DNA of 64,000 bases. Origin: Candidatus Latescibacterota bacterium (lineage in GTDB: Bacteria; Latescibacterota; UBA2968; GCA-2709665). Shown in pieces: positions 20,901 to 29,482 of the stretch (position 1 is its first letter; each line of letters starts with the position of its first letter). The position numbers were made by a program, and so were the translations under genes. The stretch lies in assembly GCA_963662665.2 (NCBI GenBank), contig CAXXJS010000063.1, forward strand, positions 1-64,000. Reading direction: 5' to 3'. The notes under the pieces were generated by a model that worked only from the letters and a program-made list of their open reading frames with translations, was not told the origin of the DNA and ran no database searches.

Positions 20901-21121
20901 TCGGAGAGAACGGAAAGGCGTTGTTCCTGAGCGCCGCCGGGGAGGGGGCGCGCGCCGGAGGGTTCGCCCTGGGCGAGGTCGGATGCTTCCTCAACGGAAA
21001 CCTGGAACGGTGGATGAAGCCCCGGAAGCGAATCGAAGCGCTCTTCTTCCTCCTGCCGACAACCGGCCTCGAGAAAGGAAAGGCGGGCGCGGTCTGGAGT
21101 GAATTCGAGGCGCTGCCGTAG
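17950..21121 (+). CDS. Large GNAT N-acetyltransferase with beta-rich C-terminal domains (one frameshift near 18140)
   Basis: ORF 17950-18156 continues after a one-base shift into VTENEERIISLC..HLNCHPDFHGKKHGKSAL..RVDLYTWPGNLQAVPLYKKMGF (GNAT acetyl-CoA motifs), which is in frame with ORF 18287-21121. Confidence 0.75.
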
Positions 21122-21156
21122 GGTAGGCCAACCGGTGGACGACACCGACGCGCGGA

Positions 21157-22491
21157 TCAGACGAGATCGCCGCTCCTGAAGTGTCTCCGGATTTTATGGC
21201 GAAAAACGCCCTGGGACACGAGGATCAGACCTGTGACCGCGGCGGCCTCGTAGGCGAAAGAGATGCGTGGACCAAACTCGAGCCATGTCGTACTCAGGAT
21301 CGTGTAGGCAATCAGAAAAAGCGCCAGGATGACGTAGGAAGAAACTTTAAATTGCCGGTTCCGAAAGCGGACCCATTGAATGACCGGATTGCAGATGAAC
21401 ATCAACAGGAGAGGACGCGCAAGGTCGAGCCCGGCGAGAATTCCGGTGAGACCTTCCAACAGGAAAAACCCCAATATCCAGGATCCGCAATAGAGAGCGT
21501 TATGTAGCAGGCTGCTCCAGAAAGCGAGTCTCGCCAATTGCGGTCGCGAGAGAGGATAGAGCCAGCCTTTTTGCACGTATAAAGATTGTTGCAGCATCAT
21601 AATACCCAAGCCCACGACAACAACTGTGTGCGGTTGATATTGCCCGAAAATGCGAATCAAGATCGCCACAAGGGCCAGCATGCTGAGCGAGGATAGAAAC
21701 GCCAAACCAATCCATCCGATCCGGACCGTTCCGTAGTTCTCGTATTCGCCGGCTCGGATCCAGTCGACGATGCCCGTGAGAGGAGCCGCGCGCTTCCATC
21801 TCCGGCTGGAATCTCTCCGTCCAGCCAACCAGGCCGTCTGGTAGGATCCGAAAGTGTATCGGTGGAACAAAGGCATCGAAACAATCGATTTCCCCCTGGC
21901 AGCGTTGACGGCAAAGTTGCGTTTCAGATAGAACAACGCGCCAATCAGCGTAACAAGCGTACATAGCGTCGGTTGGACTATGTAAAGATCGGTGATTCTA
22001 TTGATCGAGAGGATGCCGAAGACAATAATCAGAATCGTAATAAACAGGTCGGCGGACCTGCGGAACCGGAGCGATTGGGCGTCGATGAATTCAAAGGTAC
22101 CGATCGTAAATGCCAAACTGTACCATAGGAAACACGAGGCAAGAATCGGAATTGAGGGGGCAAAGCCGCCCAACCAGTCGTAAGCCCAGGTTATCGGGAC
22201 GGATACGGCGGCTCCGGTCAAGCATACCGAACAGACGAGCCGCCGGCGTATACGGGGAAGCGACCAGAAAAGCGGCGTATATTGGATCTCGCCCACACTC
22301 TGGCCGACAAAGAAGCCGGCAATTGATGGAAGGGCCATTGTGAGCAGAATGAGGCGTCCCGGTTCAGACAGGCTGTCAAGCTTCGTGCCCGCGGCCCAGA
22401 GCACCAGCAGTATTATTCCGGCGAACAGCATATATACTGCAAGGATCGCCGGACGCCGGAGCAGGTGATACAGCGCGTTGAGCCCCATCAA
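21157..22491 (-). CDS. Multi-pass membrane protein, probable ABC exporter permease
   Basis: Many hydrophobic helices. Its start overlaps the ABC ATPase stop by 4 nt. Confidence 0.7.
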   Translation of the reverse strand: MMGLNALYHLLRRPAILAVYMLFAGIILLVLWAAGTKLDSLSEPGRLILLTMALPSIAGFFVGQSVGEIQYTPLFWSLPRIRRRLVCSVCLTGAAVSVPITWAYDWLGGFAPSIPILASCFLWYSLAFTIGTFEFIDAQSLRFRRSADLFITILIIVFGILSINRITDLYIVQPTLCTLVTLIGALFYLKRNFAVNAARGKSIVSMPLFHRYTFGSYQTAWLAGRRDSSRRWKRAAPLTGIVDWIRAGEYENYGTVRIGWIGLAFLSSLSMLALVAILIRIFGQYQPHTVVVVGLGIMMLQQSLYVQKGWLYPLSRPQLARLAFWSSLLHNALYCGSWILGFFLLEGLTGILAGLDLARPLLLMFICNPVIQWVRFRNRQFKVSSYVILALFLIAYTILSTTWLEFGPRISFAYEAAAVTGLILVSQGVFRHKIRRHFRSGDLV

Positions 22492-23372
22492 CCGGCCTCC
22501 TCAAGCAGGAGCGGGAACATCTGCTCCAGGTTGAGCGGGCTACTGGCCACGTCCACGCCGTATTTCACCTTGAACGCGTTCAGGTTATCCGAAGCCCCTT
22601 TCACAAGCAGACGGGCCTGGAGGCTGTCCCCCTCACGGGATATCACGAAGTCCTCCTCGAAGTGCGCGGGGAGCCTGCCGTCCCTGGCGGTTACGCGCCA
22701 TTCTGCGAAGCGTTCCTGGAGATCGTCCAGCGAGGCGTCCGCCCGGATCCGGCCGCGATCCAGGCAGATCACACGGTTGATAACCTTCTCTATGTCGTGC
22801 AGAACGTGTGACGAAATGACGATCGTTTTTGCGCCCTGCTGAAGGAGTTCGAGGAGAAATCTCAGGAACTGCTCTCGTGTGATGGGGTCCAGACCGCTGA
22901 CGGGCTCGTCCAGGATCAGCAGGTCCGGCCGGTGACAGACGGCCAGAATGATGCCCAGTTTCTGGGCGTTCCCGGGGGAAAGCGTCCCCACGCGGGCGGA
23001 CGGATCCAGTTCCAGTTCGTCCAGCAGGCGCTGTTCCAGGTCCCTGTCCCAGTGTTTGTAGAATGTGGACACATAGCGCAGTTGCTGTTCCACCTTCATC
23101 CATTCCAGGAACCGTTTCTCCTGGTGGACGACGCCGATGCGCGAGAGTTCGTCGGAACCCAGTTTGTCGCTGGGGCATCCAAGGGTGGTGCATTGCCCGC
23201 TGGTTGGCAGGTAAAGGCCGAAGACGTGGCGAAGCAGGGTTGTCTTTCCGCTTCCGTTTCTGCCGATGAGACCGACAACGGACGGCTTCGGAACGGACAC
23301 GCTCACGTTGTCGAGCGCGGTGACGTCGCCGAAGGACTTGGTGAGATTCTTGACTTCGAATGCGGATTCCAT
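22488..23372 (-). CDS. ABC transporter ATP-binding protein (YtrB-like)
   Basis: Walker A GRNGSGKTT, signature LSPGNAQK, Walker B LLILDEP, SSH. GGAGG RBS. Confidence 0.92.
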   Translation of the reverse strand: MESAFEVKNLTKSFGDVTALDNVSVSVPKPSVVGLIGRNGSGKTTLLRHVFGLYLPTSGQCTTLGCPSDKLGSDELSRIGVVHQEKRFLEWMKVEQQLRYVSTFYKHWDRDLEQRLLDELELDPSARVGTLSPGNAQKLGIILAVCHRPDLLILDEPVSGLDPITREQFLRFLLELLQQGAKTIVISSHVLHDIEKVINRVICLDRGRIRADASLDDLQERFAEWRVTARDGRLPAHFEEDFVISREGDSLQARLLVKGASDNLNAFKVKYGVDVASSPLNLEQMFPLLLEEAG

Positions 23373-23373
23373 A

Positions 23374-23766
23374 TTATGCCTCCTCCTGAGTCCCGGCGTC
23401 GTCCAGCATCCGGCCGAAGATTTCCAGGGCATGGGACTTTTCGATGCCAAGCTGTCGAACAACGGCCACCATGGGCGCCAGGCTCTTCCGGAGCCGATCG
23501 AGCTTGTGGACCTCGACCGTCTCCGGATTCAGGTGACTGACGGTCAACGGACGCCCACGTCGGCGTTCCACGATGCCCTCGGCTTCCAGGTACCCGTAGG
23601 CCTTGCTGACTGTCATCGGGTTGACGCCGAGCTGTGCGGAGAGCGAGCGTGTGGCCGGCAGCTTTTCACCGGACTTCAACAGGCCGCTGGTAATATGAAA
23701 CTTGATCTGGTCCATCAACTGCCGGTAGACTGGCACGCCGCTGTGGTGATCGATCGCGATAAGCAC
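23374..23766 (-). CDS. GntR family regulator, YtrA subfamily
   Basis: IDHHSGVPVYRQL..GEKLPATRSLSAQLGVNPMTVSKAY..LEAEG with a short C-terminus. Precedes ABC genes; GTG start after GGAG. Confidence 0.9.
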   Translation of the reverse strand: MLIAIDHHSGVPVYRQLMDQIKFHITSGLLKSGEKLPATRSLSAQLGVNPMTVSKAYGYLEAEGIVERRRGRPLTVSHLNPETVEVHKLDRLRKSLAPMVAVVRQLGIEKSHALEIFGRMLDDAGTQEEA

Positions 23767-23790
23767 TGTGAGTGCTCCAGTGTGTATTAG

Positions 23791-23831
23791 TGTATTACTA
23801 TCAATATACAGTATGGCAGTGCGGATGTCAA
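23791..23831 (-). promoter_or_regulatory. Sigma-70 promoter overlapped by a palindromic YtrA-type operator
   Basis: Minus strand TTGACA(23831-23826)-N17-TATATT(23808-23803). The palindrome TGTAT-N10-ATACA at 23791-23810 covers the -10 box. Confidence 0.75.
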
Positions 23832-23869
23832 GCTCTTTTAGTCCGAAATCCAAAACCCAGGAGCGTACG

Positions 23870-24979
23870 ATGAAGATGACGTCGATGGACCTGTGGACCG
23901 TGGTGGTGCCGAGTCTTCCGGGGCGCGTGAACAGCCCTGAGTGGGTGCCGGAAGTCGGGTGGGACGTGGTACCCAAGCATATCCTCCGGATCAACACGGA
24001 TACCGAGCATTACGGACTGGGCGAATCCGGCCGCGGCGTGCCTATCGAGGACGTGCGGGCGGGCGCGGCACTGGTGCTGGGCCGGGACCCCGAAACCGTG
24101 ACGCTGCAGAATATCTACGAGCCTCGAAGCGACGGTACGGAAACCATGCCGGAGGTGGGTACGGGGCCCGCGTATCATGCACTGGAAATGGCGGTCTTTG
24201 ACCTGATCGGCCGCGCGCGCGGGATTCCCGTACACGCACTGATGGGTGGGGCGGTGCGGGACCGGGTGCGTGCGGATTACTGGATGGGTTCGCAAACGCC
24301 CGAAGACGGAAAGCGGACGGTCGCGCGGGCGCTCGAGGGGGGCTTCAAGGGAATCAAGATCAAGTGCAAGATCGAGGAACCGATGGTGGAACGGCTGCGG
24401 GCCATCCGGGACGTGGCGGGCGCGGAGTTCAAGGTCACGGTTGACCCCAACGAGCGGTTTCGCACGGCTGCGCAGACGATCGAACTCGCACGTGAACTTG
24501 AGGCCCTGGGCAACGTGGAAGTATTCGAAGACCCGATTCCCAAGTCGGACCTGGATGGCTACGCTGCTATTTACAAGGCCACCGATATCCCGATTGCGAT
24601 GCACCTTGGAAGCGGGTCGGACGTGATCAGGGCGGTGAAGGCCGGCGTGGTGGACTGCGTGAATCTGGGCGGGAGCATGATGGGCTTCGCGAAAAGCGCA
24701 GCCGTCGCGGAGGCGGCCGGGCTGCGCTGCTGGCATGGTTCCGGAGTTGACCTGGGCATTATGGAATCGTCGTTCGTACACGCAATCTCGGTGACGCCGA
24801 ACTGCACCATGGCGTCGGACATCGTGGGGAGCTGGGTGCGGGAGCACAGCCTGATCCGGGAGTCACGGGAATTCGAGGACGGATTCACGCCGGTCTCCAT
24901 GGCCCCCGGTCTGGGGTGCGAACTGGAAATGGCGGCGGTGGAACGGTACAGCCGTGCGTATGAAACGATACACGCGTAG
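23870..24979 (+). CDS. Mandelate racemase/muconate lactonizing enzyme family protein (enolase superfamily)
   Basis: YGLGES, ALEMAVFDLIGRARGIPVHALMGGAVRDRV, KIK, VDPNE, FEDP, PGLG. AGGAG RBS. Confidence 0.88.
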   Translation: MKMTSMDLWTVVVPSLPGRVNSPEWVPEVGWDVVPKHILRINTDTEHYGLGESGRGVPIEDVRAGAALVLGRDPETVTLQNIYEPRSDGTETMPEVGTGPAYHALEMAVFDLIGRARGIPVHALMGGAVRDRVRADYWMGSQTPEDGKRTVARALEGGFKGIKIKCKIEEPMVERLRAIRDVAGAEFKVTVDPNERFRTAAQTIELARELEALGNVEVFEDPIPKSDLDGYAAIYKATDIPIAMHLGSGSDVIRAVKAGVVDCVNLGGSMMGFAKSAAVAEAAGLRCWHGSGVDLGIMESSFVHAISVTPNCTMASDIVGSWVREHSLIRESREFEDGFTPVSMAPGLGCELEMAAVERYSRAYETIHA

Positions 24980-25045
24980 CGTCCGGTTTATCGGATGAAT
25001 TGGAGTTGCGAGAATGGAAACCCCGCCGGGTTTTCGGAGATGCAG

Positions 25046-27166
25046 ATGTTCATACTGATTGCGCTATACCTGTGGTCGATAACCGTATTTGCAGAAGCCT
25101 CGCCCGCCAATCCTGCGAAGGTGGACTCCCTGATCCAGGCATCGGCCGATACCTCGCTGGAGCTGGACGCGCGCAGGGACATCCTGAAAGAGGCGGTGAA
25201 GCTCGACCGGACCGGAAAGGCCCTGCACGCGCTCGCGCGATTGCGGCTGGAAAAAGGCACGACGTATTCGCGTCAGCAGGCGCGGTCCCTGCTGACGCGA
25301 GCGAGGGAACGGGAACCCGAGAACGGAGACTATGCCGCGACGTTTGCGGAATTGCTGTGGCGAACGGGGCCGAGGTCCGGTTCCTATAAGAGGGCTCGGG
25401 AGGCCATTTCGCTGGACCCGGAAAACGTGCGCGCGTACTATTGGGCGGGGCGGTTCGTGGTCTGGTCGTGGGAGATGACATTCTTCACGAGCGAGGACGT
25501 AACGGACGAGACGCGCGTTGCCGGGGATGGAGACGTAACCACGGGGCGCACGTTCGCGCAGCGCGGGTACGCGGACATGGACGTGGACGTTGGGATCGAC
25601 TATCTGAGCCGCGCCCTGTGGCTGGATGCGGACCACTGGCCGTCCCGCGTGCATCTGGGGCTGGCATACTATATGGCGCGGATGCCGGATGCGTTGATTA
25701 CCCTCTTCAAGGACGATATCGAACGGAATCCGGGCCGTGCGGACGCCTATTTCTTTAAGGGATTGGGACATCAGTCCAAGGGCGACCCCGAAGGGGCCTA
25801 CCGGGCTTACGTGGACGGACTTGCGCGTCTTTCCGACCGGCAGCGCCGCTTCATGCAATCTGTTTTCCTGATGCGGGACAAGAAGGCGTTGAAGAAGGGC
25901 GAACCCGCGCCGGACGAGGAGGCGATCCGAAAATTCTGGTTTGGGAAAGACCCATTGTATCTGAGCGAAATAAACGAGCGGATGCTGGAGCAGTGCCGGC
26001 GGGTGGCCTTCGCGAATCTGCGTTTCGGCGACCCCATCAACGGGTACGCCGGTTGGGAAACCGACCGGGGTCAGGCGTACATCCGGTACGGCGATCCAGT
26101 GACGCGGCACATGACGCCCGCGGACATCGATCTTGGCCTGACAAAAACCATTCAGGAAGAAGCGGAGATGCGGCGGCGGGGACGGCGACCGTCCGGGGGG
26201 ATTTTCGAATTCCACCCTCGAAAGGATACGTGGACCTATGACGGATTCGAGGTTTCATTCCTGAATACGAACTCCTGGGATTCGTGGCGGTTCGGAGAGT
26301 CGAAGCTGGGAGGTCAGACGCTCACCTTCAGCGAACTGGTGAAGTCCGTTCCGGATTACTACAGATATCCCTATCAGTACAGCGTGCCGTATCAGATCGC
26401 GCAGTTCCGGCGCGACGGCGGAAAGACGAGCGTGGAAGTGTATTATGCGCTTTCCGGTAATGAGGTCACGCACGAAGAGGTCGGTCCGGGCGTCCGCGAG
26501 GTGGACGTCGTGCAGGCGATGTTCCTGTTCGACTCCGCCTGGGACACGCTGCGGCGGGAGGTGGGCCGTGTGCGGCGGATGCCCTGGATACATTACGTGT
26601 CCACCAAGAGGGGGTACCTGATCGCGAGCGAGCAGTTGACGCTGACCCCGGGGGACTATCACCTCGCTGGAGAGGCGGAAGACCAGGCGAACAAGAAAGT
26701 CGGTACGTTCAGGGACCCACTTCGGGTCCGGCGGTTCAGCCGCGATTCGCTGGAAATCAGCAGCCTGCTCATGGCGCGGCGGATCGTGGAACGCGAAGAG
26801 TGGCCAATGGAGCGATCGCGCTATATGGTGCTGCCCAATCCGCTACGGGAGTGTTCACGGAAAGGTAGTGCGTGGTTCTATTTCGAGGTGTACAATCTGG
26901 CGCGGGATGCCTTCGGCGCCACGCACTACAGGATAGGTTACCAGACGCAGGTGATTCCGGAGAGGCGGCGACTTGAAGATCCGCAGCCGGAGTGGACGAC
27001 GGCGGTGTCGTATACCTACCGTGGCGTTCGGGACTGGGAGCCGCGATATCTGCGGGTGGATATGGACGATACATCGCCCGGGTTGCGGGCGTTCCGGGTG
27101 GTCGTCGAGGATTCATTGTCCGGCACGGCGGCCGAATCGACAACGCGATTCCGCGTGAGGTGGTAG
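25046..27166 (+). CDS. Exported TPR + GWxTD domain protein
   Basis: Signal peptide MFILIALYLWSITVFA, TPRs, FWFGKDPLY..NERMLEQCRRVAFANLRF, GWETDRGQAYIRYGDP, PNP..FYFEVYNL. Confidence 0.88.
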   Translation: MFILIALYLWSITVFAEASPANPAKVDSLIQASADTSLELDARRDILKEAVKLDRTGKALHALARLRLEKGTTYSRQQARSLLTRAREREPENGDYAATFAELLWRTGPRSGSYKRAREAISLDPENVRAYYWAGRFVVWSWEMTFFTSEDVTDETRVAGDGDVTTGRTFAQRGYADMDVDVGIDYLSRALWLDADHWPSRVHLGLAYYMARMPDALITLFKDDIERNPGRADAYFFKGLGHQSKGDPEGAYRAYVDGLARLSDRQRRFMQSVFLMRDKKALKKGEPAPDEEAIRKFWFGKDPLYLSEINERMLEQCRRVAFANLRFGDPINGYAGWETDRGQAYIRYGDPVTRHMTPADIDLGLTKTIQEEAEMRRRGRRPSGGIFEFHPRKDTWTYDGFEVSFLNTNSWDSWRFGESKLGGQTLTFSELVKSVPDYYRYPYQYSVPYQIAQFRRDGGKTSVEVYYALSGNEVTHEEVGPGVREVDVVQAMFLFDSAWDTLRREVGRVRRMPWIHYVSTKRGYLIASEQLTLTPGDYHLAGEAEDQANKKVGTFRDPLRVRRFSRDSLEISSLLMARRIVEREEWPMERSRYMVLPNPLRECSRKGSAWFYFEVYNLARDAFGATHYRIGYQTQVIPERRRLEDPQPEWTTAVSYTYRGVRDWEPRYLRVDMDDTSPGLRAFRVVVEDSLSGTAAESTTRFRVRW

Positions 27167-27203
27167 CCAACGTGGAACCGATCCACCGGTCTCAAACCCC
27201 GGG

Positions 27204-27229
27204 GAACCTTTCGTTCCTTTTCAGGGTCT
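27204..27229 (+). promoter_or_regulatory. Putative ECF sigma-dependent promoter
   Basis: GAACCT-N16-GTCT, identical in both boxes and spacing to the motif at 8130. Intergenic, ~110 nt upstream of a GWxTD gene. Confidence 0.6.
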
Positions 27230-27338
27230 ACAATGTGACAAGGAAGTCGTTCAGAACAGTCCTCGACGGGACGGGCCTCGCCCAATCAACCGGTGGCGCG
27301 CCGGTTTCCGGCTTCCGCAAATTCAAGTGGTGTACGTA

Positions 27339-29372
27339 ATGTTCCGTTTTGCGCTATTGATCTCGACTATCCTGTGCGCCGCCGTACCCGTGGACGGCGC
27401 GAAGCGGGACGCGTATAAAGTGGCGGCCCTTCTCGCTTCAGCGGCGGATTCCTCGCTGTCACACATGAAGCGGGTGTCGCTGATGGAAAGGGCGGTTCGG
27501 TACGATCCGTCGGGACGGGCGATGCATGCGCTTGCCAGGCACTATTTGAGCCGCGACACCGTATTGTCCAGGCGGTTCGCGAGGCAGTGGGTGCAAAGGG
27601 CAATGAAGCGGGAGCCGGAGAACGCCGCCTTCGTGAAGACGTATGCGGAGATATTCTGGCAGGCGGGATCGCGGGATGAGTTTTACGAGCAGATCCGGCG
27701 CGCGATCGCGCTGTCGCCGAATGACGCCGGGGCCCTCTATCTGGCCGGACGATACGCCGCCAGGGAAATGATGTACAACCTGGAACGGGAAACCTTGAAG
27801 TCCGGCCTGGAACGCAAGCGAAGATTCCACTACGGAAATTATGGGAGGAGAATGCGGGAGCAGGCGATCGGGTATCTGACCCGCACGCTGGAGGTGGATC
27901 CGGAACATCGTCCCGCCCGGATTCTGCTGGGCCAGGTCTACCTTGAAGGACATATGGCCGATCGGCTCGTGGAGCTGTTTGAAGGTTATACGCAACGCCA
28001 TCCGGAAGACTGGGATGCGTATTTCTTCACAGGGCTGGGTTACCAGACCCGGGATGACCTGGACAAGGCGTTCGTCGCCTATTCGGAAGGCCTGAACCTG
28101 ATGTCCCGGCTGGAACAGCAGTTCATCAGGTCCGTGGTGGTGTTGACGGACCGGGAGGCGTTGAAAGACGGGGGGGAACTGCCGGACGAAGAGACTCTGC
28201 GCAGGTTCTGGACGGGACGGGACCCGTTATTCCTCACGCCGGGAAACGAGCGGATGCTGGAACACTGCAGGCGGGTCGCCTATGCCAATCTCAGATTCGC
28301 CGATCCGGACCGCGGCGTCGAGGGATGGGAGACGGACCGCGGCCAGGTGTATATACGATATGGACATCCCGATGCGCGAAACATCTACCTGGATCGGATG
28401 AATTACGTATTACTGCGCGAGACGTGGAGCTATCCGGGATTCAGCGTGACGTTCGAACGCCTGGGGGAAAACAACTGGGACGTGCTGCAGGTTTCCATTC
28501 GTGGTACTGTGCGAAGCAGATACAAGGATCTTCTGGCGCGGATTCCCGAGTACTACAGCGACCCGTACTGGCTGAAGCGTTACGATGCGCCGTTCGAGAT
28601 CGCACAGTTCCGAGGAGCGGGCGGCAAGACCCGCGTGGAGCTTTATTATGCGCTCGCCGGCGAACACGTCGCGCATCGGGAGGTCAGCTCAGGAATACAG
28701 TCGGTTGATCTGATGCAGGGTCTGTTTCTGTTTGACGCCGGATGGAAGGAAGTCGAAAAGACCATTTCTCCCATTCACAGAATGCCGTGGATCGAGGGCA
28801 ATGCGGTGCGCGACGGGTATCTGTTCTGGGGCGAACGGCTGTCAATGGATCCCGGAATGTACCATCTCGCGGTCGAGACGGAGGATCTGAACAGACACAG
28901 TCTTGGAACCCTTCGCGATTCGTTACAGATCAGCCGGTTCGGCAGGGACAGGCTGGAGATCAGCGACCTGCTGCTGGCTCAGCGGGTTGTCGAACAGGAT
29001 GATCGCCCGTTCGGCCGGGACCGGTTCATGGTGTTGCCCAATCCGTTGAAACAGTGCCAGCGGGACGGCAGCATGTCGTTCTATTTCGAAGTCTATAATT
29101 TGAAGCGGGATGAGTTCGGCGCCTCAAGTTATCGGATTACGTACCAGACCCGGCTGCTGCCGGAAAAGTGGACGGAGAAAGACGTGGCGATTCCGGAGTG
29201 GACGACGGCCGTGACCAACTCATACAGAGAGACGAGGGACTGGCAGCCGCACTATCTCACCCTGGATATGGATGGGTTGGCGCCCGGACCCTGGGCGTTC
29301 AAGGTGGTTGTGAATGATTTGCAGGCGGAAAGCCGGGCCACGAGTTCGGCGGTATTCCGGGTGATGCCGTGA
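27339..29372 (+). CDS. Exported TPR + GWxTD domain protein
   Basis: Signal peptide MFRFALLISTILCAA, TPRs, FWTGRDPLF..NERMLEHCRRVAYANLRF, GWETDRGQVYIRYGHP. Closest paralog is 25046-27166. Confidence 0.88.
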   Translation: MFRFALLISTILCAAVPVDGAKRDAYKVAALLASAADSSLSHMKRVSLMERAVRYDPSGRAMHALARHYLSRDTVLSRRFARQWVQRAMKREPENAAFVKTYAEIFWQAGSRDEFYEQIRRAIALSPNDAGALYLAGRYAAREMMYNLERETLKSGLERKRRFHYGNYGRRMREQAIGYLTRTLEVDPEHRPARILLGQVYLEGHMADRLVELFEGYTQRHPEDWDAYFFTGLGYQTRDDLDKAFVAYSEGLNLMSRLEQQFIRSVVVLTDREALKDGGELPDEETLRRFWTGRDPLFLTPGNERMLEHCRRVAYANLRFADPDRGVEGWETDRGQVYIRYGHPDARNIYLDRMNYVLLRETWSYPGFSVTFERLGENNWDVLQVSIRGTVRSRYKDLLARIPEYYSDPYWLKRYDAPFEIAQFRGAGGKTRVELYYALAGEHVAHREVSSGIQSVDLMQGLFLFDAGWKEVEKTISPIHRMPWIEGNAVRDGYLFWGERLSMDPGMYHLAVETEDLNRHSLGTLRDSLQISRFGRDRLEISDLLLAQRVVEQDDRPFGRDRFMVLPNPLKQCQRDGSMSFYFEVYNLKRDEFGASSYRITYQTRLLPEKWTEKDVAIPEWTTAVTNSYRETRDWQPHYLTLDMDGLAPGPWAFKVVVNDLQAESRATSSAVFRVMP

Positions 29373-29417
29373 GGTCAACGGCAACCGTGAGCCTCACTCG
29401 ACGATAGGCCAAACTGG

Positions 29418-29450
29418 AAGGGCCGACGAGGACGTTCGCCGGCCCTTTTT
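29418..29450 (+). terminator. Rho-independent terminator
   Basis: GGGCCGACGA/TCGCCGGCCC stem (one mismatch) followed by TTTTT, between convergent genes. Confidence 0.65.
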
Positions 29451-29482
29451 ACGTACATCTGGATTTCCATATACCATGCGGG

